Source: an uncultured Eubacteriales bacterium (GTDB lineage: Bacteria; Bacillota; Clostridia; Oscillospirales; CAG-272). From it: a DNA stretch of 64,000 nt. The translations under genes were made by a program, and so were the position numbers. Positions 28,638 through 37,851 of this stretch are shown here, one piece after another. Each line of letters opens with the position of its first letter. Positions within the stretch are counted from its first letter, which is position 1. The notes under the pieces were generated by a model. It was not told where the DNA came from. It saw only the letters and a program-made list of their open reading frames with translations, and did no database searches. The stretch lies in NCBI GenBank assembly GCA_934402395.1, contig CAKRTQ010000004.1:65946-129945 (forward strand), written 5' to 3'.

Positions 28638-30119
28638 ATGTCAGATAAGCAGAACAGCGTTTACCGCGATATTGCCGAACGAACCGGCGGCGATATCTAC
28701 ATCGGTGTGGTGGGACCGGTGCGCACGGGAAAATCCACTTTCATCAAGCGTTTTATGGAGGAACTGGTGCTTCCGAACATTGCGGACGGTTACAGCCGCG
28801 ACCGCGCAAGAGACGAGCTTCCGCAAAGCGCAGCCGGAAAAACGGTGATGACGACCGAGCCGAAATTCATCCCGGACGAGGCTATTCCGATCACGGTGGG
28901 TGACGGCACACTTCGGGTCCGCATGATCGACTGCGTGGGCTACGTAGTGCCCGAGTCACTTGGCGCGATCGAAAACGACCGTCCGCGCATGGTGCACACA
29001 CCTTGGAGCGATGAGCCGGTGCCGTTCATCAAGGCGGCTGAGGAGGGTACGCGAAAGGTCATATGCGAGCATTCCACCATAGGCATGGTCGTGACGACCG
29101 ACGGCACGATAGGGGAGATCCCGCGCGCGTCATACGAGGAGGCTGAGGCGCGTGTTGTAAACGAGCTGCGCGCTATCGGCAAGCCGTTTGCCGTTATTCT
29201 CAATTCCGCTCACCCGTCGTCGCCCGACGCAGTGGCGCTGGGACATGAGCTTGAGGCAAAATACGGTGTTCCGGTGGCTCTGGTGAGCTGTCCCGAGCTT
29301 GATGCCGAGGATATCAGGGAGATCCTTTCGATGATCCTTGACGAATTTCCGGTCCGCGAGGTGTCCATCAGGCTGCCCGAATGGATAGAGTCGCTTGAAC
29401 CGTCCCACCGCATACGCACGTCGATAGAGGCGTCGGTCCGCGAGTGCGCCGAAGCGGCAGGCAAAGCCGGAGAGATCGCGGCGGCATATTCGGGGCTTTC
29501 ATCAAACGAATATATAGGTTCCGTGCATATTGACAACATAGACCTCGGCAGCGGATGTGCCGAGGTGACTGCCGAGGCGGCGGACGGACTTTTCTGGACT
29601 GTTCTCGGTGAGTCGAGCGGTCTTGAGATAAAAGGAGAGGCTGATCTTTTCCGCCAGCTTGCCGAGCTTGCCGCGATAAGAAAAAAATATGACCGCATTG
29701 CCGATGCGCTGAATGATGCCGAGGAAAAGGGCTACGGCATAGTCATGCCGGGCATGGGCGACCTTAAGCTTGAAGAGCCGGAAACCGTGCGTCAGTCTGG
29801 CGGATACGGCGTCAAGCTGCGTGCAACGGCTGAGTCGATACACATGATACGCGCCGGCATTGAAGCGGAGATCAATCCCATCGTCGGCAGTGAAGAACAG
29901 GCACTTGAACTCATCAGCTATCTGCACCGTGAAATGGAGAGCTCGCCGGGGGCGGTATGGCAGTCCAATATGTTCGGAAGATCGCTTTATGATCTCATAG
30001 GCGACGGCTTGCGCGCAAAGCTTGAGCACATACCCGACGATGCCCGCGCCAAGCTTTCCGAGACGCTTGAACGGATTATCAACGAAGGCAGCGGCGGACT
30101 TATCTGCATTCTGCTCTGA
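28638..30119 (+). CDS. spoIVA: stage IV sporulation protein A (spore coat morphogenetic ATPase)
   Basis: The N-terminus is VYRDIAERTGGDIYIGVVGPVRTGKSTFIKRFME (Walker A). The length (493 aa) and conserved C-terminus match SpoIVA. Confidence 0.95.
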   Translation: MSDKQNSVYRDIAERTGGDIYIGVVGPVRTGKSTFIKRFMEELVLPNIADGYSRDRARDELPQSAAGKTVMTTEPKFIPDEAIPITVGDGTLRVRMIDCVGYVVPESLGAIENDRPRMVHTPWSDEPVPFIKAAEEGTRKVICEHSTIGMVVTTDGTIGEIPRASYEEAEARVVNELRAIGKPFAVILNSAHPSSPDAVALGHELEAKYGVPVALVSCPELDAEDIREILSMILDEFPVREVSIRLPEWIESLEPSHRIRTSIEASVRECAEAAGKAGEIAAAYSGLSSNEYIGSVHIDNIDLGSGCAEVTAEAADGLFWTVLGESSGLEIKGEADLFRQLAELAAIRKKYDRIADALNDAEEKGYGIVMPGMGDLKLEEPETVRQSGGYGVKLRATAESIHMIRAGIEAEINPIVGSEEQALELISYLHREMESSPGAVWQSNMFGRSLYDLIGDGLRAKLEHIPDDARAKLSETLERIINEGSGGLICILL

Positions 30120-30341
30120 TCGTCGGGCAACACGCCGCACCGTGTGACGGCGGCGTGACGAATGGCGCATTATTTACAATTTTTTTGTGAAAAATCGCGT
30201 CTGCCTATTTATTTTTCACAAAGAATATGTTATAATAAAAGTGCGGAAAGGGAAAGCTCCGCAACGGGTCCTTCTCTTACCGCGGCGCCGCCGGAATCTT
30301 TTACGGCGTGCCCACAGTCAAAAAGCAGGAGGTAAATCACA

Positions 30342-30881
30342 ATGAAGATCACATTTGTTGGCAGACACATGAGCGTTCCGGAGGACATGAAGGTCTTGCT
30401 TGAAAAAAAGCTTGCCAAATTTGACCGCTATTTTGCGGACGAACCGGACGCAACGGTAACCTTCAGCCGCAAACGCAATCGTGAAAATATTGAAGTCACA
30501 ATCTCGGCGGGCGGTACTCTTTTCCGTTGTGAGACCGATGACGAGACCTTCCGCAACGCGATAGATCACGCCATCGATACCATCGATCGTCAGATACGCC
30601 GCAACAAAACGCGTCTTGCCAAGCGCCTGCGTCCGGATGCATTTTCCGTGCCTGCGGATATGCTTTCCGCCGATGAGCATTTTGACGAGCCCGAGGCGTC
30701 CGAATTTGTTATCCGCCGCAAGAGCTTCCGGATAAAGCCCATGTCGGTCGAAGAAGCCATCCTTCAGATGAACCTTCTCGGGCATGAGTTCTTCATGTTC
30801 TCCGATGCCGATACGGGCGACACCTGCGTGGTGTATACCCGCCGTGACGGTGACTACGGTCTTATAACTCCTCAGAAATAA
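30342..30881 (+). CDS. hpf: ribosome hibernation promoting factor (long HPF)
   Basis: The S30AE N-domain is MKITFVGRHMSVPEDMK...IEVTI, and the C-terminal dimerisation domain is KPMSVEEAILQMNLLGHEFFMF. AGGAGG lies 9 nt upstream. Confidence 0.9.
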   Translation: MKITFVGRHMSVPEDMKVLLEKKLAKFDRYFADEPDATVTFSRKRNRENIEVTISAGGTLFRCETDDETFRNAIDHAIDTIDRQIRRNKTRLAKRLRPDAFSVPADMLSADEHFDEPEASEFVIRRKSFRIKPMSVEEAILQMNLLGHEFFMFSDADTGDTCVVYTRRDGDYGLITPQK

Positions 30882-30908
30882 TTTCTCGCAGCGGTGCATC
30901 ACGCCGCA

Positions 30909-30940
30909 TTTCGGGGGCTGTTAGGTAACAGCCCCCGAAA
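30909..30940 (+). terminator. strong hairpin after hpf (no U-tract)
   Basis: tttcgggggctgtta-gg-taacagcccccgaaa is a near-perfect palindrome. It is followed by AATTCC rather than a T-run, so it is atypical for an intrinsic terminator. Confidence 0.4.
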
Positions 30941-31333
30941 AATTCCCGGCGGATAGTGGCGTTTTACGATTTGTTGCGGTCGTTTATTGCACGTTCGTTT
31001 TTACATTTTCGTTCTTTTGAACAGTAAATCGGAAACGTCGATTTGCCAAAGTTCACTGTCGGCGGCGGTGTTAAAATCTTTTTTGAGGTTTTAAACACCG
31101 CCGCACGCGGATTTTATCGTTGCTTTGCGAAAAAATAATTAATTGTCAGTATTTTTGGGAGGTAAATGTCGCCGACAATGCACATTTTTTCGTTTTTGTC
31201 AAGAGGACAAGCGTCATTTGTCTCTCAAAATGTCCTGGTAATTGTGCACAATTATCAGCCCCGTAAAGCCGTGATTTTTCTCTATTAGATTATTTGCACG
31301 AAAATTACCCCCAAGATTCGTCATAATTGATAG

Positions 31334-31362
31334 TTTACAAATGGCGCATTTTGGTGTATAAT
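31334..31362 (+). promoter_or_regulatory. orphan sigma-A type promoter (P1) in hpf-infC spacer
   Basis: TTTACA - 17 nt - TATAAT. No credible ORF lies within the next roughly 260 nt. Confidence 0.5.
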
Positions 31363-31631
31363 GTCCGTACAGTTGTGCGGCAGCGCGCGATTGCCCCGAA
31401 TGCACAGCGGTCACCGGTTATTGCGGAATATCAAGCTCATGATACCAACTCGCACCGATCGGTCGCCGTCTGTGTTTTTTTTTGATCTCGGGTGAAGACT
31501 GTGCGGATTCTGTTCTTTATACCCCGATAGTGGAGAAGAGCCTGTTGCCGAGATTTTCGGTGGTTCCGTGGCGATGTTTGCTCTTGCCCTCTGTTGCGCC
31601 CGGAAAAAAACAAAAATAATCAAAAAAACAC

Positions 31632-31660
31632 TTGACAAATGTACGGTTCGGTGATATAAT
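31632..31660 (+). promoter_or_regulatory. sigma-A type promoter (P2) of infC-rpmI-rplT operon
   Basis: TTGACA - 17 nt - TATAAT, preceded by TGa (extended -10). It lies about 155 nt upstream of the infC start. Confidence 0.7.
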
Positions 31661-31666
31661 ACTTTC

Positions 31667-31817
31667 GCAAACAAAGAAGAACTCTCCGTTCTCACCCTGC
31701 CGCACAGCGAGCTCGGTAAATATTTTCCCTTCACCGGGATCATGAGCGCGGAGTTTTGCTTCGCGCGTTTTGTTTTATTTATTAACAAAAGTTCAGTTTA
31801 TTCGGAGGTGAACTACA
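31667..31817 (+). promoter_or_regulatory. infC operon 5' leader with attenuator hairpin (L20-leader-like)
   Basis: A leader of about 150 nt sits between P2 and infC. It contains the hairpin GCGCGGAG-ttttg-CTTCGCGC (31746-31766) followed by GTTTTGTTTTATTT. Its position matches the Firmicute L20-responsive leader; the covariance model was not run. Confidence 0.5.
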
Positions 31818-32339
31818 ATAGCAACAAAGGAAAATCTCGTCAATGAGGCGATACGATTCAAGGAAGTAAGACTTCTCGACCAGGAGGGAAATCAGCTCGG
31901 TATCATGAGCTCGGATGCAGCTCTGCGCGCAGCGTATGACCGCGGACTTGATCTTGTGCTTATGTCGGCGCAGTCACAGCCTCCGGTGTGCCGTATAATG
32001 GATTACGGCAAATTCCGCTTTGAGCGTGAAAAGAAAGAAAAAGAAGCCAAAAAGAAGCAAACGACCATTGAACTCAAGGAAGTTCAGCTTTCATGCCGTA
32101 TTGAGCAGAACGATTTCAATACCAAGGTCAAGCATGCCCTGCGTTTTCTCGGTGACGGAAACAAGGTGAAGGTCGTACTCCGCTTCCGCGGTCGTGAGAT
32201 GAGTCATCAGGAAATAGGGCGCGATCTTCTGAAGCAGTTTGCCGATGCGTGCGCCGAGTCCGGATCGGTCGACAAGCAGCCCTTGCTCGACGGCAGATTC
32301 ATGACTATGATAATCGCTCCTCTCAAAAACGCCAAATAA
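31818..32339 (+). CDS. infC: translation initiation factor IF-3 (non-canonical ATA start)
   Basis: The conserved IF3 N-terminus (ATKENLVNEAIRFKEVRLLDQEGNQLGI) is encoded upstream of the first ATG (31905). The frame is closed by TGA at 31809-31811. No ATG/GTG/TTG occurs in frame between 31812 and 31904. ATA lies 9 nt after GGAGG. Confidence 0.8.
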   Translation: MATKENLVNEAIRFKEVRLLDQEGNQLGIMSSDAALRAAYDRGLDLVLMSAQSQPPVCRIMDYGKFRFEREKKEKEAKKKQTTIELKEVQLSCRIEQNDFNTKVKHALRFLGDGNKVKVVLRFRGREMSHQEIGRDLLKQFADACAESGSVDKQPLLDGRFMTMIIAPLKNAK

Positions 32340-32433
32340 TTCATTGCCGGGAACGGCGACTGTTCATCAACGGCTTAACTGCCTTAATGATACAATATCA
32401 CGATAGGTCATCTATACAAAGGAGAACAAAATT

Positions 32434-32628
32434 ATGGGAAAAATCAAGACACACAGAGCTTCCGCCAAGCGTTTCTCTGTAACGGGAACCGGCAAAGTGA
32501 AGATGAACCACTCTCATCATCGTCATAAGCTCGGTATAAAGGATCAGAAGCGCAAGAGACATCTTCGCACTGCCGATTACGTGCAGGGAAAGATGGCTTC
32601 TAACATCCGCGCGATGATCAACAAATAA
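32434..32628 (+). CDS. rpmI: 50S ribosomal protein L35
   Basis: The N-terminus is MGKIKTHRASAKRF. It is a 64-aa basic protein located between infC and rplT. Confidence 0.95.
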   Translation: MGKIKTHRASAKRFSVTGTGKVKMNHSHHRHKLGIKDQKRKRHLRTADYVQGKMASNIRAMINK

Positions 32629-32726
32629 GCGACATACGATTCCGTTTAAGCTTTGGGGAAATAAGGTTGCCGCGCGGCGGTGCGTTTCTCCGCAAAAATC
32701 AGCAAAGAGAAAGGTATTAAGATAAA

Positions 32727-33080
32727 ATGGCAAGAGTAAAAGGCGCAATGATGACGCGCAAGAGAAGAAATAAAGTCCTTAAGGCTGCTCGCGGCTACTG
32801 GGGCGCAAAGAGCAAGCATTTCAAGATGGCGAAGCAGGCGGTCATGAAGAGCGGCAACTACGCCTTCGTGGGACGCAAGCAGAGAAAGAGAGACTTCCGC
32901 CGTTTGTGGATCGCTCGTATTTCCGCGCAGGCAAAGGTCAACGGCATGAACTACTCCACCTTCATGCACGGGCTCAAGCTCGCCGGTATCGACCTCAACC
33001 GCAAGATGCTGGCTGAGATCGCCGTTGCCGACAAGGCTGCATTTGCAGAGCTTGCCGATAAGGCAAAGGCGGCTCTTTAA
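32727..33080 (+). CDS. rplT: 50S ribosomal protein L20
   Basis: The product begins [29 protein letters not shown] and is 117 aa. Confidence 0.95.
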   Translation: MARVKGAMMTRKRRNKVLKAARGYWGAKSKHFKMAKQAVMKSGNYAFVGRKQRKRDFRRLWIARISAQAKVNGMNYSTFMHGLKLAGIDLNRKMLAEIAVADKAAFAELADKAKAAL

Positions 33081-33095
33081 GAGAACACCGAAATA

Positions 33096-33137
33096 CGCGG
33101 GGACTGTATGCTGAAGCGACAGCCCCGCGGCTTTTTT
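33096..33137 (+). terminator. intrinsic terminator of infC-rpmI-rplT operon
   Basis: CGCGGGGaCTGT ... ACAGCCCCGCG forms a stem with one bulge, followed by GCTTTTTT. Confidence 0.8.
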
Positions 33138-33177
33138 GACAATATCCCGTAACGAAAAAACAAGCGAGGTGCGGCTT

Positions 33178-34020
33178 ATGATGCAATATATCTCTTCCCG
33201 CCACAATCCCACAGTTATGCTGGCGGCATCGCTTTCCGACAAAAAGAACAGGGAACGCGAACATCTTTTTCGCTTTGACGGTAAAAAACTGTTCGGCGAG
33301 GCGTGTGCCTGCGGCGTCGGCATACACGCTGTTTTTATCCGCGAGGACAAAAAGGAAGAACTGACTAAATTTGTATCTAATTGCGCCAAAAGCAACAAAA
33401 TAGAATTAAAAGACCGTGTGTATATCCTGTCGGAGGCGGCTTTTGACAAGATAAGCGAAGAAAAATCGCCCGAGGGCATAATTACTGTTGCGAAATATAT
33501 TGACAAACTCCGTAAAATCGCTACAATAGATAATATGACGGAAAAAGATGCCGTGCGCGGTCTGCTCGGCGACGGCAGGGTTATGGCGTTTGAGTCGCTG
33601 CGCGACCCCGGAAATCTCGGTACCGTCATACGCACTGCGGCGGCACTCGGTGTAAAAACGCTGATACTGTCCTCCGACTGTGCGGATGTGTACAATCCGC
33701 GTACCGTGCGCGCCGCGATGGGTGCGCTGTTTACGCGGCGTATCATCATAACGGACGGATTTGAGGAGCTCATCCGTGCCGTCGGTGCGGCGGGACGCCG
33801 CACCGTTGCTGCGGCACTCACTCCCGATGCCGTGAACGCAGAGGAGCTTTCTCTCTGCGCCGACGACTGTGTTGTTATAGGCAACGAGGGACACGGACTT
33901 TCAGCCGGCGTACTTGCTGCGTGTGATACTGCGGCAATATTGCCGATGGAGCGCGGACCGGGCATTGAGTCGCTGAACGCATCCGTTGCGGCAGCCATTT
34001 TTATGTGGCTCTGCCGCTGA
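33178..34020 (+). CDS. TrmH/SpoU-family RNA 2'-O-methyltransferase
   Basis: SpoU motifs are present: FESLRDPGNLGTVIRTAAALG, VIGNEGHGLS and ESLNASVAAAI. The ATG at 33178 follows GCGAGGTG. The ORF-track start at 33136 lies inside the upstream terminator T-run. Confidence 0.85.
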   Translation: MMQYISSRHNPTVMLAASLSDKKNREREHLFRFDGKKLFGEACACGVGIHAVFIREDKKEELTKFVSNCAKSNKIELKDRVYILSEAAFDKISEEKSPEGIITVAKYIDKLRKIATIDNMTEKDAVRGLLGDGRVMAFESLRDPGNLGTVIRTAAALGVKTLILSSDCADVYNPRTVRAAMGALFTRRIIITDGFEELIRAVGAAGRRTVAAALTPDAVNAEELSLCADDCVVIGNEGHGLSAGVLAACDTAAILPMERGPGIESLNASVAAAIFMWLCR

Positions 34021-34042
34021 AAAATATCGGGAGGTATCCATT

Positions 34043-35332
34043 ATGTCATGCGGGCTTTATGATGTCTGGCTTTCTCTTCATATGCAACCCGGAGAGTCGG
34101 TCCACCGTTCGCTCTTTGAGGTGTTCGGCAGTGCGTATGACGTTTACAGTGCGGATGCCGGGGCATATGAAGCAGCCGGGATCCCCGAACCGCTTGCGGC
34201 GAAGCTGTGCGACAAAAGCCTTGAACGTCCGGTCGCAATAATGGATTACTGCACCCGCGCCGGTGTTGCTCTGGCGACTGAAGGGTGCGACGGCTATCCC
34301 GCACGGCTTGCGGATATTGCAAATCCGCCGTATCTGCTGTATATTCGCGGGAAAATGCCGGATATCGATTCATGCGTTAGCATATCGGTCGTCGGAACGC
34401 GTTCGATGAGCGAATACGGAAAGCGTGCGGCGTATAAAATATCCTATGAACTGAGTGCCGCGGGGGCTGTCATCGTAAGCGGAATGGCGCTCGGGATTGA
34501 CAGCGTGGCTGCCTGCGCCGCGCTTGATTCAGGCGGGCAGACGGTCGCCGTGCTCGGGTGCGGCGTGGACATGGCGTATCCCGCACAGCACAAAAGACTT
34601 ATGGATTCCATCATTGCGCACGGCGCGGTGATAAGCGAATTTGCGCCCGGAACGCGCCCCGACGGCAGAAATTTTCCGCTCCGCAACCGCGTAATCAGTG
34701 GTCTCGGGCTCGGAACTCTCGTTGTTGAGGCGGATACGCAGTCCGGTGCGCTGATAACGGCGCGCACAGCGCTTGTGCAGGGAAGAGACATTTTTGCGAT
34801 TCCCGGCAACATAGGCGAGACGAATGCAGACGGTACCAACGCTCTTCTGCGGGACGGTGCGAACATGGTGCTTTCGTCGCGCGACATTATCCGCGTTTAT
34901 GAATTCCCGTGGCGGGATTCGATGGACCTCACTGCTCTTGCGGCGGCGGAGCGTATATCCGATTACAGCGGAGGCCTTTATGAACGCTACGGTGTCAGCG
35001 ACGGCGGACAGAAGCCTGCGAGCGCGAGCACCGCGAAACGCCGCGAGGATGCGTCACAGCCGTCGCTCAGCATAACCTATCCGCGCGACAGGCGTTCGGG
35101 CGGAAAAAACGGAGATCCCACTCCTGCCGCCGCGGTAAAAGCAAACGCCGCCGATGGTCTTGAGGGCAAATTGCGCGATGTTTACGAGGCAATGATCCCG
35201 GGCGAGAAGATGTCTATCGACAGGCTGATGCGCTCAGGCTTTGCAATGGGCGAGCTCATGTCCTCACTGACACAGTTGGAGATCAGAGGTCTTGTATCCT
35301 CGGTCCCCGGCGGTCTTTATCTTAGAAAATGA
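34043..35332 (+). CDS. dprA: DNA-processing protein DprA
   Basis: The Rossmann-like core is VVGTRSMSEYG...SGMALGIDSVAACAALD...VLGCGVD, with a C-terminal winged-helix-like tail. The ATG lies 8 nt after GGGAGG. Confidence 0.9.
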   Translation: MSCGLYDVWLSLHMQPGESVHRSLFEVFGSAYDVYSADAGAYEAAGIPEPLAAKLCDKSLERPVAIMDYCTRAGVALATEGCDGYPARLADIANPPYLLYIRGKMPDIDSCVSISVVGTRSMSEYGKRAAYKISYELSAAGAVIVSGMALGIDSVAACAALDSGGQTVAVLGCGVDMAYPAQHKRLMDSIIAHGAVISEFAPGTRPDGRNFPLRNRVISGLGLGTLVVEADTQSGALITARTALVQGRDIFAIPGNIGETNADGTNALLRDGANMVLSSRDIIRVYEFPWRDSMDLTALAAAERISDYSGGLYERYGVSDGGQKPASASTAKRREDASQPSLSITYPRDRRSGGKNGDPTPAAAVKANAADGLEGKLRDVYEAMIPGEKMSIDRLMRSGFAMGELMSSLTQLEIRGLVSSVPGGLYLRK

Positions 35333-35385
35333 CTCCGGCACTGTCCGGTAAACGATAAAAACAAAGCAAGAAAGGTAATTTTCCG

Positions 35386-37833
35386 ATGGCAAATCTTGTT
35401 ATAATCGAGTCGCCCTTCAAGGCAACGGCAATAAAAAGCTATCTCGGTTCGGGTTATAAGGTGGTCGCGTCCAACGGACATATACGCGATCTGCCAAAAA
35501 GCACATTCGGCATTGAAATTGAAAATAATTTTGAACCTCATTATATCAATATCCGCGGCAGGGCTGATATAATAAACGAGATAAAAAAAGACGCAAAAGC
35601 CGCGTCAAAGGTTTACTTTGCGACCGACCCTGACCGCGAGGGCGAGGCGATATCGTGGCATCTTGCCACCGCGCTCGGTATTCCGGTCGAAAAAACGTTG
35701 CGCGTCACCTTCAACTCAATAACCAAGACTGCTGTCAAGGAGGGAATCAAAAATCCCCGCTCGATCGACATGAATATCGTGAATGCCCAGCAGTCACGCC
35801 GTCTGCTTGACCGCATCGTGGGTTACAAGCTCAGCCCGCTGCTCTGGAAAAAGGTCCAGCATGGTCTTTCGGCGGGACGCGTACAGTCTGTCGCAACGAG
35901 GATAATCGTTGAGCGCGAAGCGGAGATACGCGCCTTTGTGCCGGTGGAATACTGGACGATAAGCGCGCTTCTTTCTGACGGCGATTCAAGCTTTACCGTC
36001 AGATTCTGGGGAAATGCCGACGGCAAGGTCGAGTTGCACAGCGAAGAGGATGCCGTACGCGTCACGGGAGCGGTCAGGGGCAGACCCTTTACGGTAAAAA
36101 GCGTAAAGCGCGGCACAAAGCTCAAAACTCCCGCGCCCCCGTTCATTACATCCACGCTCCAGCAGGAGGCGTCCCGCAAACTCGGCTTCCAGGCATCGCG
36201 CACGATGAAGACGGCGCAGGAGCTTTACGAAGGTATCAACCTCGGCTCCGAGCTTGGCGGCACACAGGGTCTTATCACGTATATGAGAACAGACTCGCAG
36301 CGTGTTGCGGAGGAAGCACAGACGGCTGCGCGCGCACTTATCGTGGAAAAGTACGGCAGTGAATTCTGCCCCGCAACGCCGCGAAATTACAAAACCAACA
36401 AATCCGCACAGGATGCGCACGAGGCGATACGTCCGGCAAGAGTCGAGCTTGAGCCCTCTGCGGTCCAGTCTCACCTCACGCCCGACCAGTACAGGCTTTA
36501 TAAGCTCATATGGGAGCGGTTCGTATCGAGCCAGATGGAATCCGCAAAGCTTGCAACGCTTTCGGTCGATCTTGAAAACAGCGGATGGATATTCCGCACC
36601 GGCGGTTATACGGTGACCTTCCCCGGCTATATGGCAGTCTATGAGGAATCCACCGATGACAGCAAGAAGGGAGACGATGAGGACAAGGACCCGCGTATTC
36701 CCGAGCTTTGCGAGGGACAGAAGCTGGAGACACGCGATGTAACGGCGCAGAAGCACTTTACGGAGGCTCCCCCACGCTACAACGATGCGACGCTTGTAAA
36801 ATTCCTTGAGGAAAAAGGAATAGGCAGACCGAGCACCTTTGCCACGATCATTTCCACTATCATTTCGCGCGGATATGTCAACCGCGACGGCAAGGCACTG
36901 GTGCCGACACAGCTCGGTGAGATCACAACGGTGCTTATGAAGGAGAGCTTTGCCGATATCGTGGATTACCGCTTTACGGCAAATATCGAAAACGAACTTG
37001 ATGAGGTCGAGCGCGGCGAGACGACGATGCAGGCTGTGCTCTCATCCTTCTGGGAAGGATTTTCGCGCGAGCTTGAGGCGGCTGAAACGAAGCTGAAAAA
37101 CGAGAAAGTTACGGTAGCTCCCGAGCTTACCGACATAAAATGCGAAAAATGCGGTGCGACAATGGTGGTGCGCAGCGGAAAGTTCGGAAAATTTGCCGCT
37201 TGCCCGAACTATCCCAATTGCCGCAATACAAAGCCGCTCAACCCCGACGGAACGCTCAAAACAGAGCAGGCGCAAAAGCCTGAGCCGGTACCGGGCATGG
37301 TTTGTGAGCTTTGCGGCGGTCCGATGGTGCTTCGCCGCGGCAGATACGGCAGCTTTTACGCCTGTGCAAACTACCCGAAATGCAAATTCAACAAAAAAAT
37401 AGAGCACGAGCTTGAAGGCGTGCGCTGCCCCAAGTGCGGCGGCAGAGTGCTGATAAAGTACGGCAAAAACAAAAATGTTTTTTACAGCTGCGAGCACTAC
37501 CCCGATTGCGATTTTTCAACATGGGATGTTCCGCTTCCCGAAAAATGCCCCGAATGCGGCGGAATGCTTTTCCGCAAAAAAGGCAGGGGCGGCGGCATAG
37601 TGTGCCACACCGAGGGCTGCGGATACCGCCGCGAGCCGGATACCGACAGCGCGGGCTCGGGCGATAAAACTGCTGCCTCCGGCGCAAAGACAACGGAGAG
37701 ATCAAAACCCGGACGCAAGCCGAAAAAAACGGCTGCACCGGCACAGCAGGACCGGGATGACGCTCCTGAGCTTCCGGACGGTTTTGAAAGCGACCGCCCG
37801 CCGATGCCCGGCGACGACGATGCACCGTTCTGA
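35386..37833 (+). CDS. topA: DNA topoisomerase I
   Basis: The TOPRIM region is LVIIESPFKA...DPDREGE, and the active-site region is GLITYMRTDS. Four C-terminal C4 zinc ribbons (CxxC...CxxxxxC) are followed by a charged tail. Confidence 0.95.
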   Translation: MANLVIIESPFKATAIKSYLGSGYKVVASNGHIRDLPKSTFGIEIENNFEPHYINIRGRADIINEIKKDAKAASKVYFATDPDREGEAISWHLATALGIPVEKTLRVTFNSITKTAVKEGIKNPRSIDMNIVNAQQSRRLLDRIVGYKLSPLLWKKVQHGLSAGRVQSVATRIIVEREAEIRAFVPVEYWTISALLSDGDSSFTVRFWGNADGKVELHSEEDAVRVTGAVRGRPFTVKSVKRGTKLKTPAPPFITSTLQQEASRKLGFQASRTMKTAQELYEGINLGSELGGTQGLITYMRTDSQRVAEEAQTAARALIVEKYGSEFCPATPRNYKTNKSAQDAHEAIRPARVELEPSAVQSHLTPDQYRLYKLIWERFVSSQMESAKLATLSVDLENSGWIFRTGGYTVTFPGYMAVYEESTDDSKKGDDEDKDPRIPELCEGQKLETRDVTAQKHFTEAPPRYNDATLVKFLEEKGIGRPSTFATIISTIISRGYVNRDGKALVPTQLGEITTVLMKESFADIVDYRFTANIENELDEVERGETTMQAVLSSFWEGFSRELEAAETKLKNEKVTVAPELTDIKCEKCGATMVVRSGKFGKFAACPNYPNCRNTKPLNPDGTLKTEQAQKPEPVPGMVCELCGGPMVLRRGRYGSFYACANYPKCKFNKKIEHELEGVRCPKCGGRVLIKYGKNKNVFYSCEHYPDCDFSTWDVPLPEKCPECGGMLFRKKGRGGGIVCHTEGCGYRREPDTDSAGSGDKTAASGAKTTERSKPGRKPKKTAAPAQQDRDDAPELPDGFESDRPPMPGDDDAPF

Positions 37834-37851
37834 TATGACAACGATCGGAAA

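Noticed and set aside
28522-28848. 108-aa plus-strand ORF overlapping the spoIVA start
   Set aside because: It is out of frame with spoIVA, whose N-terminus (Walker A GPVRTGKST) is unambiguous. It would begin inside the putative promoter.
31166-31288. 40-codon ORF (MSPTMHIFSFLSRGQ...) after GGGAGG in the hpf-infC spacer
   Set aside because: The SD-to-ATG spacing is only 3 nt, the product has no recognisable features, and the ORF is too short to support without conservation data.
31558-31570. T-box-like sequence GGTGGTTCCGTGG in the hpf-infC spacer
   Set aside because: It resembles the GGTGGTACCGCG core of T-box riboswitches. However, no terminator helix or U-tract follows (an A-run follows instead), no aminoacyl-tRNA synthetase or amino-acid gene lies downstream, and I could not find a convincing Stem I or specifier loop. 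It is likely chance, or at best a relic.
31214-31788. Minus-strand ORFs 31214..31414, 31411..31788 and 31517..31705
   Set aside because: They run antisense through two plus-strand promoters and the infC leader. They lack SDs and have low-complexity products.
32646-33998. 450-aa minus-strand ORF
   Set aside because: It lies entirely antisense to the well-supported rplT and TrmH-family genes. Its Ala/Ser/Arg/Pro-rich composition is typical of spurious antisense frames in GC-rich coding DNA, and it has no SD.
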